24,291 nt of DNA from a virus (IMGVR_UViG_3300008216_002947:1-24291); one strand, 5' to 3'. Positions 9,488 through 16,903 are shown, numbered from the stretch's first letter. A program made the numbers and translations. The notes: generated by a model not told the origin, from the letters alone.

Positions 9488-9814
9488 TCACTTAGAGGTC
9501 AGCTTTCGTATTTCCTCACGACACTGATCGTCATATATCCGAGTGTAACCACTGACGAATTTAACGGCTTGCCGCTCCTTGAAACTGAGCCGGCCAGGAG
9601 CACCAGTGAGCCCCAGTTCATGCTCAACCAGCCAGTCCAGGGCCATCTCAAAGAGCGGCGAGGTCTCTGCCTGGAGGTCGAGATATTCCTGGGTTTGCAG
9701 GGGGCATTCGTCACACGCTGAACCCCGCTCCGGGTCATGCCCGCATTCATCACCAAAACAGTCGGGCCAGTCACCCTGTGTCCGCTCCCGGTGAGCGCGG
9801 ACGGCCCGCTTTAG
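9488..9814 (-). CDS. C-terminal extension of the tail assembly chaperone, reached by -1 frameshift (gpGT-like, about 225 aa fused)
   Basis: The -1 frame after the slippery site reads (GK)LKRAVRAHRERTQGDWPDCFGDECGH... to a stop at 9488, 4 nt before the tape measure ATG. Confidence 0.85.
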   Translation of the reverse strand, partial: LKRAVRAHRERTQGDWPDCFGDECGHDPERGSACDECPLQTQEYLDLQAETSPLFEMALDWLVEHELGLTGAPGRLSFKERQAVKFVSGYTRIYDDQCREEIRKLTSK

Positions 9815-10164
9815 TTTCCCACTTCGTCCTCGCTCAGGGTCGCCCGCTCCTCGAAATAGATAGCAAAGGAGGCTTTCCAGTTCGGGGGGATCTGCGAGCG
9901 CCATCCCTGTATATCTGGTGTCAGCGGCGTGCCGTCCGTTGCCTCTACGTTCTCCACGCGCAGGCAGGTAGCGTTGAAGAACTTAACCCGGGCTTCATGG
10001 GTGCGGTCCTTCGCCTGCCCCCGCACAACGACCGAGCGGCCTGAACTGAGCTTTTTAATCGCCTCGGCCATACCCTCATCGGTGTAGCCGGGAAAAATCG
10101 CTCGCACTTCCTCGTCACCGATGAGAATGTTAACCTCTATTTCCTCTCCCAGTCTGACTGCCAT
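9811..10164 (-). CDS. Tail assembly chaperone (gpG-like, 117 aa)
   Basis: Lies between tube and tape measure, has a good RBS (GAGGAG) and ends at a slippery heptamer. Confidence 0.85.
   Translation of the reverse strand: MAVRLGEEIEVNILIGDEEVRAIFPGYTDEGMAEAIKKLSSGRSVVVRGQAKDRTHEARVKFFNATCLRVENVEATDGTPLTPDIQGWRSQIPPNWKASFAIYFEERATLSEDEVGN
9814..9820 (-). other. Programmed -1 ribosomal frameshift site G GGA AAC
   Basis: In-frame X XXY YYZ heptamer immediately before the chaperone TAA (GTG GGA AAC TAA); canonical position between tail tube and tape measure genes. Confidence 0.9.
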
Positions 10165-10188
10165 TTTAAGTCTCCTCGCTGTGAAGTT

Positions 10189-10431
10189 TTAGGGGGCTCC
10201 TTTTGATTCCAGCTTATTGATTGCTTCCAGCTTTGCCTCAACTATTGCGAGCTGGTTTTGCGCGAACGACGTATCCTTGTCCGCCAAATTCTCGCGGGCC
10301 GCGGTCAGCCCTCTCACCGAATGGCTGAGGCTACGGTCACCGCTGCTACATTTATAAACATCACCATAGCGATGCTCCGCCGTCCACGTAAGATGCGGCT
10401 CCTTCTCCTTCTTACTCCTGGCCTTTGCCAT
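10189..10431 (-). CDS. Hypothetical protein (80 aa)
   Basis: ATG with GAGGAGG RBS; fills the gap between tube and chaperone; basic N-terminus and helical C-terminus. Confidence 0.7.
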   Translation of the reverse strand: MAKARSKKEKEPHLTWTAEHRYGDVYKCSSGDRSLSHSVRGLTAARENLADKDTSFAQNQLAIVEAKLEAINKLESKGAP

Positions 10432-10442
10432 AGCTGCCTCCT

Positions 10443-11546
10443 CTACGCCATGTATGCGGCTTCTTCGTTGAACACGTCGAGATATACCGATTTGTGAACA
10501 CTGGAGTCGTCGTCCATAATCTGCCAGTTAGTCCGATTGACAAGGGTCCCACCATCATCGGCAATTTCAACATCGATCAGCTGCATGACCGGAAAAATCA
10601 AGCTAAACCCGTGATAATAATTTTCGTCTGAACCTTCTGCTCCTCGCACAATCATTTGGAACGAATACTCAGTCTGAGATTGCAGGGCGTCGACATATGC
10701 GTCCTGCTTCTCTCCACTGCCGCCCTCGTAATCGAAGTCCAGCTGCAACGTCTGCGTTCGGCCGCTGCGTTGCCCCACTGCCAGGAACAGCCCGCCGCCG
10801 ACTCGATACAGGTCGTCGGGACTGATATTGTTGGAGAAATCCCACGTTACCGACCGAAGGAGGTCTTTTAAGTCCACCACGGCCCCCGAAAGGTTGTAGA
10901 CGGTGGTATCAAGGTTCTGTGTTCGGTTTGCTGCCGTCGCATAATCGACATTAAGGGCATCGGGAACAAGCCAAACCCCAGCCGTCGAGGCGTTTAGCTG
11001 CGTTTCAGCTGGTTCCGTCACAGCAGCGCCCCCTGTAGCAACAGTCCCCGAGGCAATAATACCGGCGGTCATGTTGACCATACGATTCGCGCCCCGAGTC
11101 ACGCTCAGATTGAGGGTGTTCACCAATCCGCCGCTAAACTTGTTTTTGACCTCACTTGTTTTGAATTCCTCGAAAGTGAAGGAATTTAGTGCTCCGTCAT
11201 TAGCCACCGGCGTACATGCGTGCTGCTTGACCGTGATGGCCGGTGTACCCGTGTCGGCCACCGCTGAGGCAACGGCCCCCAGGCCGAAAGCACCAAAATG
11301 CCCGAGCGCGAATGGCTTAACCCGATTAATGCCGAGGTCATACGTCACATGCCGGGCAAACACAACGGCGTCCGTGGCTTCCTCAAAGCCGCCGACCTTG
11401 TCGTCATCGGACACCACCTGGGAAACCTCACGAGGTATCCCCCCGATGTTGACGTTTATGCGGTTGTCGATTGTCGCGGCCGTGTCGTATGCAGTTTCCT
11501 TGGCAGCCGACGCGACCTGAATCACGTAGTTACGAGAGAGTGCCAT
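10443..11546 (-). CDS. Major tail tube protein (367 aa)
   Basis: KETAYDTA start, NSFTFEE..KFSGGLVNTLNLSV and FSLIFPVMQL are typical of tube proteins; lies after the terminator and before the chaperone. Confidence 0.85.
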   Translation of the reverse strand: MALSRNYVIQVASAAKETAYDTAATIDNRINVNIGGIPREVSQVVSDDDKVGGFEEATDAVVFARHVTYDLGINRVKPFALGHFGAFGLGAVASAVADTGTPAITVKQHACTPVANDGALNSFTFEEFKTSEVKNKFSGGLVNTLNLSVTRGANRMVNMTAGIIASGTVATGGAAVTEPAETQLNASTAGVWLVPDALNVDYATAANRTQNLDTTVYNLSGAVVDLKDLLRSVTWDFSNNISPDDLYRVGGGLFLAVGQRSGRTQTLQLDFDYEGGSGEKQDAYVDALQSQTEYSFQMIVRGAEGSDENYYHGFSLIFPVMQLIDVEIADDGGTLVNRTNWQIMDDDSSVHKSVYLDVFNEEAAYMA

Positions 11547-11570
11547 CCTGTCTATTCCCTTTCAAAAAGG

Positions 11571-12086
11571 TCAATCGAAAACTAAAGTGAAGTCAACGGT
11601 TACCCCGAAACCAAGCACGGCCGCGCCTCGGAGGTTTCCTTCGACGGCACCACCACCGATTTCGGTGCTGGTATGTGTAACAATCACCGACCCTGCCTGT
11701 GCTTCAAGGAGGTCGGTGGGTACGTCGGCGAGCTGCTTCGTTGGATCGCCTTGCTGCCCCATCACGCGCTCAATTCGAGCCGCGAACGCCTTGACGGTCT
11801 TTTCTGTTTCGTCCTTTCTGCCGCCATCGGTTACCACCCATATACTCACTTCATACGAACGTCGAATTGAGCCAATCTGCTCGGTGCTTTCACCTGCACC
11901 ATCCACTGTGACAGCGACAACGGGCAGCTCATTGGCGTTATATAGCCCCGCATGCTCACGGAATTCCAGCTCCCATAAAGCAACGTCCAGGGCGCCGGCG
12001 TCGTCCAGCTTTGTATCGGCTTGGAGGGCCTCGATAACATGCTCCGCGAGCACGTTATAATAGTCGTCAGTCGAGAATGCAGTCAC
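11571..12086 (-). CDS. Probable tail terminator / tail completion protein (171 aa)
   Basis: Acidic; ELPVVAVTVDG...YEVSIWV...IERVM pattern; directly upstream of the tube gene. Confidence 0.65.
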   Translation of the reverse strand: MTAFSTDDYYNVLAEHVIEALQADTKLDDAGALDVALWELEFREHAGLYNANELPVVAVTVDGAGESTEQIGSIRRSYEVSIWVVTDGGRKDETEKTVKAFAARIERVMGQQGDPTKQLADVPTDLLEAQAGSVIVTHTSTEIGGGAVEGNLRGAAVLGFGVTVDFTLVFD

Positions 12087-12613
12087 AGGGGATTAACCGC
12101 TGTTTTGTGAAGTCGCCGAACGGCGATCTTAACCGCTTCCTGGGCGTCCTTCGGCGTGAAAAAGAGGAAGGGGCGCAGGCGATGCTGAAAGCCCGCATAC
12201 AAAACGCCCTGTGGGCCCAGGGTGAGCTTTTTGGGGCTCATCCGAACGACCAGGGCCGCCCGTGGGCGCAGAACATTGTTATCCTGCATTACAGAGTCAC
12301 CCGGCTTAACCCGCTTCCCAGAGGGCCGCTTACGGCCTTTAACCTGCCCCTTGCCGTGAATCTTCGGCACCCCACCAGCTGCCGGCACGAGAACCCCGTC
12401 TGTTTTGCGGCGATATTGTGGGGCGAAGTATTTCCACGTCACCCCCCGGTATGTGCCCCCGTGCCGTAGAGCTCGGAATGTTTTGTCGGTGACGGTCCTC
12501 ATATACTGCGCGAATTCGCGCCAGACCGGCTTAACGTCGCCCCCCAGGCTTTCCTCGACCTTATCGAGAACATCCTGTAGCTCTTTGGTATCGATCCTGA
12601 GTTTAGCGACCAC
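12083..12613 (-). CDS. Mu gpG-like virion morphogenesis (neck/tail completion) protein (176 aa)
   Basis: DVKPVWREFAQYMRTVTDKTF...TWKYFAPQY...YAGFQH..RPFLFFT matches the Mu-G/P2-S family pattern; very basic. Confidence 0.75.
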   Translation of the reverse strand: MVAKLRIDTKELQDVLDKVEESLGGDVKPVWREFAQYMRTVTDKTFRALRHGGTYRGVTWKYFAPQYRRKTDGVLVPAAGGVPKIHGKGQVKGRKRPSGKRVKPGDSVMQDNNVLRPRAALVVRMSPKKLTLGPQGVLYAGFQHRLRPFLFFTPKDAQEAVKIAVRRLHKTAVNPL

Positions 12614-12619
12614 GGGCGG

Positions 12620-13267
12620 CTATCTTTCCAGCGTTGCCATGCCTGAGCGCATCACCGGCGGGCTCTGTTTAGCATCGTCGGCTATATCGGTGTATGGCCA
12701 GGGGGCTCGCGTGGCGACCCCCCCAGTGACCCCGAGGGTGTCCCGGGCCATATCAAAGGCGGCCAAGGCGGCTTTGTCCTCTGGGTTCCGCCTGAGAAGC
12801 AAAATCCCCAAGCCGCACGCCCAGTGTGTGGCAGCAGTGCGTATGAGGAGCGGCGTTCCAAGGTAAATTTGGGCGTTGTCAGGGAAAATCGCATACCCCG
12901 AGCCTACCCAATCGGGCGGGCCGCTGGCGTAGGTTATCACGTTTGAACTGTAGGCGGTGACCGAATACCAGGTGTTTTGATTCTCGACCCTGAACAAATC
13001 GTCAACGGCTGGGTTTCCGGTGCCGCCGTCAATGGTTACGGTCGTGTCACCGGCGGCGTGGTCGCTCTGGTTAACGAGCCAGTCAACGGTCTGTGCTGCA
13101 ATGTTCGCAAACGGCGCCACCCCTGGGTAAACTGAGTCCACCCATGCCCGGGCCGCGGTCCTGAGCTTAATGTCCCGCTTTGCGGCCGTGTCGATTGGGC
13201 TCCCGGTCAGAGAGTCAGGCAGCTGATCGGTGAGGTCACCATCGCTGCAATAATACCGCGCCGGCAT
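12620..13267 (-). CDS. Head-tail adaptor (Mu gp36/gpJ-like) with an inserted beta domain (215 aa)
   Basis: N-terminal YCSDGDL, AARAWVDS, then PLLIRTAATHWA after an insertion of about 75 aa; lies after the capsid gene. Confidence 0.7.
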   Translation of the reverse strand: MPARYYCSDGDLTDQLPDSLTGSPIDTAAKRDIKLRTAARAWVDSVYPGVAPFANIAAQTVDWLVNQSDHAAGDTTVTIDGGTGNPAVDDLFRVENQNTWYSVTAYSSNVITYASGPPDWVGSGYAIFPDNAQIYLGTPLLIRTAATHWACGLGILLLRRNPEDKAALAAFDMARDTLGVTGGVATRAPWPYTDIADDAKQSPPVMRSGMATLER

Positions 13268-13270
13268 GGG

Positions 13271-13573
13271 TTATTCCTTTTTCGACCGAGGGCGTCCCCG
13301 CTTCGGTGCAGGGGCCGCCTTTGCCGCCTTGGCCGCATCAGCTACCGCTTGATCAGCTGCGGCCTTGTGGAGGGCCTTAACGGCCTCCTCGGCCTGCTTG
13401 TTCACAACATCCTCAGCTGTTTCGGTCGGGTCATAGCCGGGGACCGTGCCGTCACCATCCACCTCATGCACTGCATCGTCAAAGTCAGCGGCGGCGATTG
13501 TTAGCTTATTTCCGTCTTTTTTGCGGAGCACTGCAAGAACCGGAACTCCGAATTTCGTGCCATGCCATGCCAT
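13271..13573 (-). CDS. Small post-capsid protein with C-terminal AT-hook-like motif (about 100 aa)
   Basis: I prefer the ATG at 13573 (GGAAGG RBS) to the track's GTG at 13639, which lies in structured intergenic RNA. Contains IAAADFDDAVHEV, an Ala/Lys-rich helix and KRGRPRSKKE. Confidence 0.7.
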   Translation of the reverse strand: MAWHGTKFGVPVLAVLRKKDGNKLTIAAADFDDAVHEVDGDGTVPGYDPTETAEDVVNKQAEEAVKALHKAAADQAVADAAKAAKAAPAPKRGRPRSKKE

Positions 13574-13683
13574 TGAGCGTCCTTCCATTAAGCCGGTTAG
13601 ACCGGCGAGGGCTTTTTGAGCCGGCCGTGACCAATCCACCCCCGCCGGCGGAACCCCCCGCTTTCACGCGAGGAGAAAACAGC

Positions 13684-14874
13684 TTACCCCATAATGCGGC
13701 AGGCCAGCTCAGGGCGCGGGCATGAAACACCATACAACACGCTGAAACGCCATGTCGTCTGGAAATACTCCCGGCTCACTTCGAGCTGTAACGAGACGCC
13801 GGTCTGCGCGTCAGTGACCGACTCAATAATGTTCCCACCGCCGAAACTGTCAGGCGGTGCAGCCGGCGCAAACGCCAGAGCGAAAGCATTCCGGTGGAAG
13901 CCCAGATTGATCACATGATCGCCGGCGAAGGTCACCGCGGCGTTGTCAGCAAAGCCGCCTGTTGGAGCTGCCGGGTAAAAATTGATGCCGGTCAGAGCAT
14001 TGGAGCCCGCTGTGAGGGTCCCGTTGGTGACCATGAAATAACCAGTGACATTTGCGACGGTAAAGACATCACCAGTCACCAGCGTTCCCGACAGAGAGGA
14101 CTCATCAATCGCCATCGTGGTCGCGCCAGCGGATACGGCCGAGTTAATCAAGGCGGCCTTATTGGACCCATCCGTCAGTGTCCCGCCGGTGAACGTCGGC
14201 ACATTCTGATTCATCAACCACCGGGCGCCCAGCTTGCGGCCGATTTCGCCCTCAATCACCCCACCCTGGTCGCCGCGCTGATCGGCCTGAGTGAACAGTG
14301 AGAGAGACATCGCATTCCCCTCGGCACTCTCATCCATGACCACGAAGCGGTCAGCCTTGGGGGCAAGGGCGGTGTTCAGGAGTTTATTTGCCCCACCCTG
14401 CCATGTGGAATTGAGCAGCGCAGCAGTGGCGAACGGCGTGGTGCCGGCCGTGCCGACGTGCTGGGCGACGCCGTTGGTGTTGTCGACTGCATCGTATGCG
14501 GATGCAAACAAGTCGGCGTCGATCTGATTCGCCAGGGCGCGGACGGCCTCAGCGGACTGGGTGTTGCGATAGCGGCCGTTTTCAATCTCATGAGCGTCTT
14601 TGTCGCTCATATGGAAATCGGTCTTTTTCCAATGGTCCAATTTGATCACCACCGACGTCGGCGTCTGATCGGTGTTGGCGGGCGGCGTAATGGCGGGCGT
14701 AACTGCCGCGGCCGTCTGTGCAACAGGAACGGGGATCGTCACCGTGTCACCAGGACGGCTGGCCGCGGACGTGTACCCCTGGTTTACAGAGGTGATCGTC
14801 GCGGCGGTCTCACGAAGCACCTCAAGTGCCTCAGTGAGAATTTTGGGAATGAGGGCTGTGTATGTATTAGCCAA
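13684..14874 (-). CDS. Major capsid protein, P22 coat (gp5)-like (396 aa)
   Basis: MANTYTALIPKILTEALEVLRE, PGDTVTIPVP, LANQIDADL, NLGFHRNAFALAF and FSVLYGVSCPRPELACRIMG match P22-type coat proteins; strong RBS (AAGGAGAG). Confidence 0.95.
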   Translation of the reverse strand: MANTYTALIPKILTEALEVLRETAATITSVNQGYTSAASRPGDTVTIPVPVAQTAAAVTPAITPPANTDQTPTSVVIKLDHWKKTDFHMSDKDAHEIENGRYRNTQSAEAVRALANQIDADLFASAYDAVDNTNGVAQHVGTAGTTPFATAALLNSTWQGGANKLLNTALAPKADRFVVMDESAEGNAMSLSLFTQADQRGDQGGVIEGEIGRKLGARWLMNQNVPTFTGGTLTDGSNKAALINSAVSAGATTMAIDESSLSGTLVTGDVFTVANVTGYFMVTNGTLTAGSNALTGINFYPAAPTGGFADNAAVTFAGDHVINLGFHRNAFALAFAPAAPPDSFGGGNIIESVTDAQTGVSLQLEVSREYFQTTWRFSVLYGVSCPRPELACRIMG

Positions 14875-14934
14875 AGGGAACTCTCCTTAAAAGGTTGGCG
14901 TTAACTGTTGGAAATGCAACAAACGCCCCTCCTG

Positions 14935-14973
14935 AGAGCCCCCCGGGCCCTTGACTGACCCCCCGGGCCAGTC
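14935..14973 (-). promoter_or_regulatory. Tandem RNA hairpins with CGGGG loops in the capsid leader
   Basis: mRNA sense: GACTGGCC-CGGGG-GGTCAGTC (14973-14953) and AGGGCC-CGGGG-GGCTCT (14951-14935). Confidence 0.7.
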
Positions 14974-14996
14974 GCGGTGGGATTACATCTGTTTAT

Positions 14997-15737
14997 TCAA
15001 CCGGCACTGCCGGCCCTACCGTGGTCTCCTTCTGGCGACGAAACCACATCGTCGGTGTATCCGTCGACCCGGGCCGTGCCATCAGTAATCTGCTGCGAAA
15101 ATTTCCCTGAACGAAACTGCTCCCGGCTGATCACCCGAACCCCCCCGGGGCCCGTTTTCGTGGTGTCGCTGCCGCTTTCTCCTCCTCCGCCCCCGCTCGG
15201 GGCGAAGTAAAACGGCTTTAAAGCCGCCAGGGCCTCGAAGAACTCCGCAGGGCTCTCGTTCTGCCCTGCGTTTTTCGATGAGAGAACGGGCTGTCCATCT
15301 TCCATGCGGGTGAGCGCCCCGCCTTCGGCGACAAACTGCCCTTCGTAGGTCCTCACAACGTCATCAACGGCTTCGGCTCTCAGCCCCGCCTCTATACCGG
15401 CGGATTTGAGAACGCTGGTAACAGACACCTGCCGCAGACTGGCCGCCAGCTCATCGTGGGCCTCTTGAAGCGCCGTATAGCGCCTCTCGAAATCCTCAAC
15501 CAGCTTTTTCTCTTGCACGTCCAGCGCCGAATCAATGTCCTTTGAATCTACCAGCTCCTTGCGGTCACGCTGCCGCTTAAGCTCTGCCGCTTCCGCGGCG
15601 TCCTCGGGCGTGACACCACCGAACCGCTCCAGCTCGGCACTTAAGGACGAATTGTTGCCGCGAAACTCAGCAACCTTCGCCTTTTCAGCGGCCAGCTCTG
15701 CCTGCAACTGCTCAATATCGACGTCACTTTCGGCCAT
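14997..15737 (-). CDS. Capsid scaffolding protein (about 246 aa)
   Basis: Acidic coiled-coil (LAAEKAKVAEFRGNNSSL) with C-terminal KPFYFAPSGGGGGESG, directly upstream of the capsid gene. The likely start is the ATG at 15737 (MAESDVD), not 15779. Confidence 0.88.
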   Translation of the reverse strand: MAESDVDIEQLQAELAAEKAKVAEFRGNNSSLSAELERFGGVTPEDAAEAAELKRQRDRKELVDSKDIDSALDVQEKKLVEDFERRYTALQEAHDELAASLRQVSVTSVLKSAGIEAGLRAEAVDDVVRTYEGQFVAEGGALTRMEDGQPVLSSKNAGQNESPAEFFEALAALKPFYFAPSGGGGGESGSDTTKTGPGGVRVISREQFRSGKFSQQITDGTARVDGYTDDVVSSPEGDHGRAGSAG

Positions 15738-15739
15738 TT

Positions 15740-15778
15740 TCTGCCCCCGGCAGATTGTCCCCGCCCCCGGCGTGGACA
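15740..15778 (-). promoter_or_regulatory. Tandem RNA hairpins with CGGGG loops overlapping the scaffold translation-initiation region
   Basis: mRNA sense: TGTCCaCGC-CGGGG-GCGgGGACA (15778-15756) and TCTGC-CGGGG-GCAGA (15754-15740), ending 2 nt before the ATG. Confidence 0.7.
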
Positions 15779-15820
15779 TAAGTGGATAAAGAAAGCGTCA
15801 AAAAAACTGACCCACCTTCT

Positions 15821-15849
15821 AATATACTGACTCTTTTTTATCTCGGCCA
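15821..15849 (-). promoter_or_regulatory. Possible leftward (late) promoter for the scaffold-capsid-tail operon
   Basis: -10-like TATATT at 15826-15821 with a poor -35 (TGGCCG) 17 nt upstream, in an AT-rich gap. A promoter is plausible here because the inverted island interrupts the minus-strand run. Confidence 0.35.
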
Positions 15850-15881
15850 CCCAATAAGGGGTAAATAAGTGTCGATTTTCC

Positions 15882-15955
15882 TTGACTAATATGGGTGATT
15901 GCCTATATTATTGAGTAGTCGAGGGGCAATAAGGCTCCCGGCAAAAAGGAGACGG
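15882..15955 (+). promoter_or_regulatory. Sigma70-type promoter + stem-loop + RBS cassette, copy 1
   Basis: TTGACT-16nt-TATATT (or 18nt-TATTAT), then hairpin GGGGC-AATAAG-GCTCC, then AAAAAGGAG. Confidence 0.8.
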
Positions 15956-15962
15956 AAACAAA

Positions 15963-16253
15963 ATGGCAAAGAAAACCTTCACAGAGGGTGACAGGGTCAT
16001 CGTCACCAATCCTTGGACAGGCGACAAATCCAAGGCAATTGTCGTTGGCATAGATCAGCCTGTGTTCAAGGGTTCCTTCTGCGTCTACGGTGGTGAGTTA
16101 CTTGTACGCTTCGTCACCAGCACAACCGAGGTCGGTGCCATACTGGAGACAGCACGGATCGCAACTGAAGATGTCACGCTTTACGTTCCTTTCTGTGATG
16201 TTGACAAGGATCAGACCATCGAAGACGAGCACATGCGCCAGGGGAGCCTATAA
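15963..16253 (+). CDS. Hypothetical protein, possible SH3/KOW-like barrel (96 aa)
   Basis: Strong RBS and promoter; FTEGDRVIVT...KAIVVGI pattern. Confidence 0.75.
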   Translation: MAKKTFTEGDRVIVTNPWTGDKSKAIVVGIDQPVFKGSFCVYGGELLVRFVTSTTEVGAILETARIATEDVTLYVPFCDVDKDQTIEDEHMRQGSL

Positions 16254-16274
16254 TATAATGAAAGGGAGCCACAC

Positions 16275-16311
16275 CCTGACACCAGTTTTTTTTTAGAAAG
16301 TTGGTGTCAGG
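16275..16311. repeat. 10-bp perfect inverted repeat (terminator-like hairpin or operator) abutting promoter copy 2
   Basis: CCTGACACCA (16275-16284) / TGGTGTCAGG (16302-16311) around a 17-nt spacer containing T9. Confidence 0.75.
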
Positions 16312-16312
16312 C

Positions 16313-16385
16313 TTGACTTAATATGGGTGATTGCCTATATTGAGTTTCAGTGAGAGGGCAATAAAGCCCCCACTAAAAAGAGGAG
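16313..16385 (+). promoter_or_regulatory. Sigma70-type promoter + stem-loop + RBS cassette, copy 2
   Basis: TTGACT-17nt-TATATT; 23 nt identical to copy 1; hairpin AGTGaGaGGGC-AATAAA-GCCCCCACT; then AAAAAGAGGAG. Confidence 0.82.
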
Positions 16386-16392
16386 CAGCAAC

Positions 16393-16644
16393 ATGCCACG
16401 AGGACGCGGATGGCACATGAGCACGAACATCGTAGCGGCCAATATCGCCGGAACCGAGGTTGGTGCCATACTGAAGGCAGAACAGATTGCGAAGCGAGCG
16501 GCGGACATTATTGACGCCGTATACAAAGAGAAGAGGGAGCGGAATGCCCTGGGTCTGGGCGATGAAGCAATTCCCCCCAAGGATGAAGAGGGCAACAGCA
16601 TTGAAGATGTGCTGAACGGCTTGGATGAAGGGGGTGATAAGTAG
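16393..16644 (+). CDS. Hypothetical acidic protein (83 aa)
   Basis: GAGGAG RBS; shares a TEVGAIL segment with the preceding ORF. Confidence 0.75.
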   Translation: MPRGRGWHMSTNIVAANIAGTEVGAILKAEQIAKRAADIIDAVYKEKRERNALGLGDEAIPPKDEEGNSIEDVLNGLDEGGDK

Positions 16645-16648
16645 TTTG

Positions 16649-16903
16649 ATGGGGTTAACCCCCGCTGAGGGCTTCAGGGTGGCGCAGCTACGCTTAGACG
16701 CCGCGTCTGAAGCCCTTGAAGGTGTATCGGCGGAAGCACTTGCCGCCGCTCAAGCTGCCCTTGATGAAGCAAGGGAAAAGATGGAAAAGATGGAAACCCA
16801 GTGCCACCTCTGCGATGGCACTGGGTTTATTCACGAATGGCGACCAGGCAGTGGTGGAATGTGCCGCTGTGGGACTGGCGCCTCTTATTTTGACCCCAGT
16901 TAA
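16649..16903 (+). CDS. Small helical protein with CxxCxGxG zinc-finger motif
   Basis: Likely start is the ATG at 16649, 4 nt after the upstream stop; CHLCDGTG...CRCGTG resembles DnaJ-type Zn-finger repeats. Confidence 0.65.
   Translation: MGLTPAEGFRVAQLRLDAASEALEGVSAEALAAAQAALDEAREKMEKMETQCHLCDGTGFIHEWRPGSGGMCRCGTGASYFDPS

Noticed and set aside
9488-9904. 138-aa ORF as an independent gene starting at 9904
   Set aside because: Its first 30 codons overlap the chaperone out of frame; it is better explained as the -1 frameshift extension.
15738-15779. N-terminal 14 codons of the scaffold ORF as given in the track
   Set aside because: They coincide with the tandem hairpins and have no RBS; the ATG at 15737 fits better.
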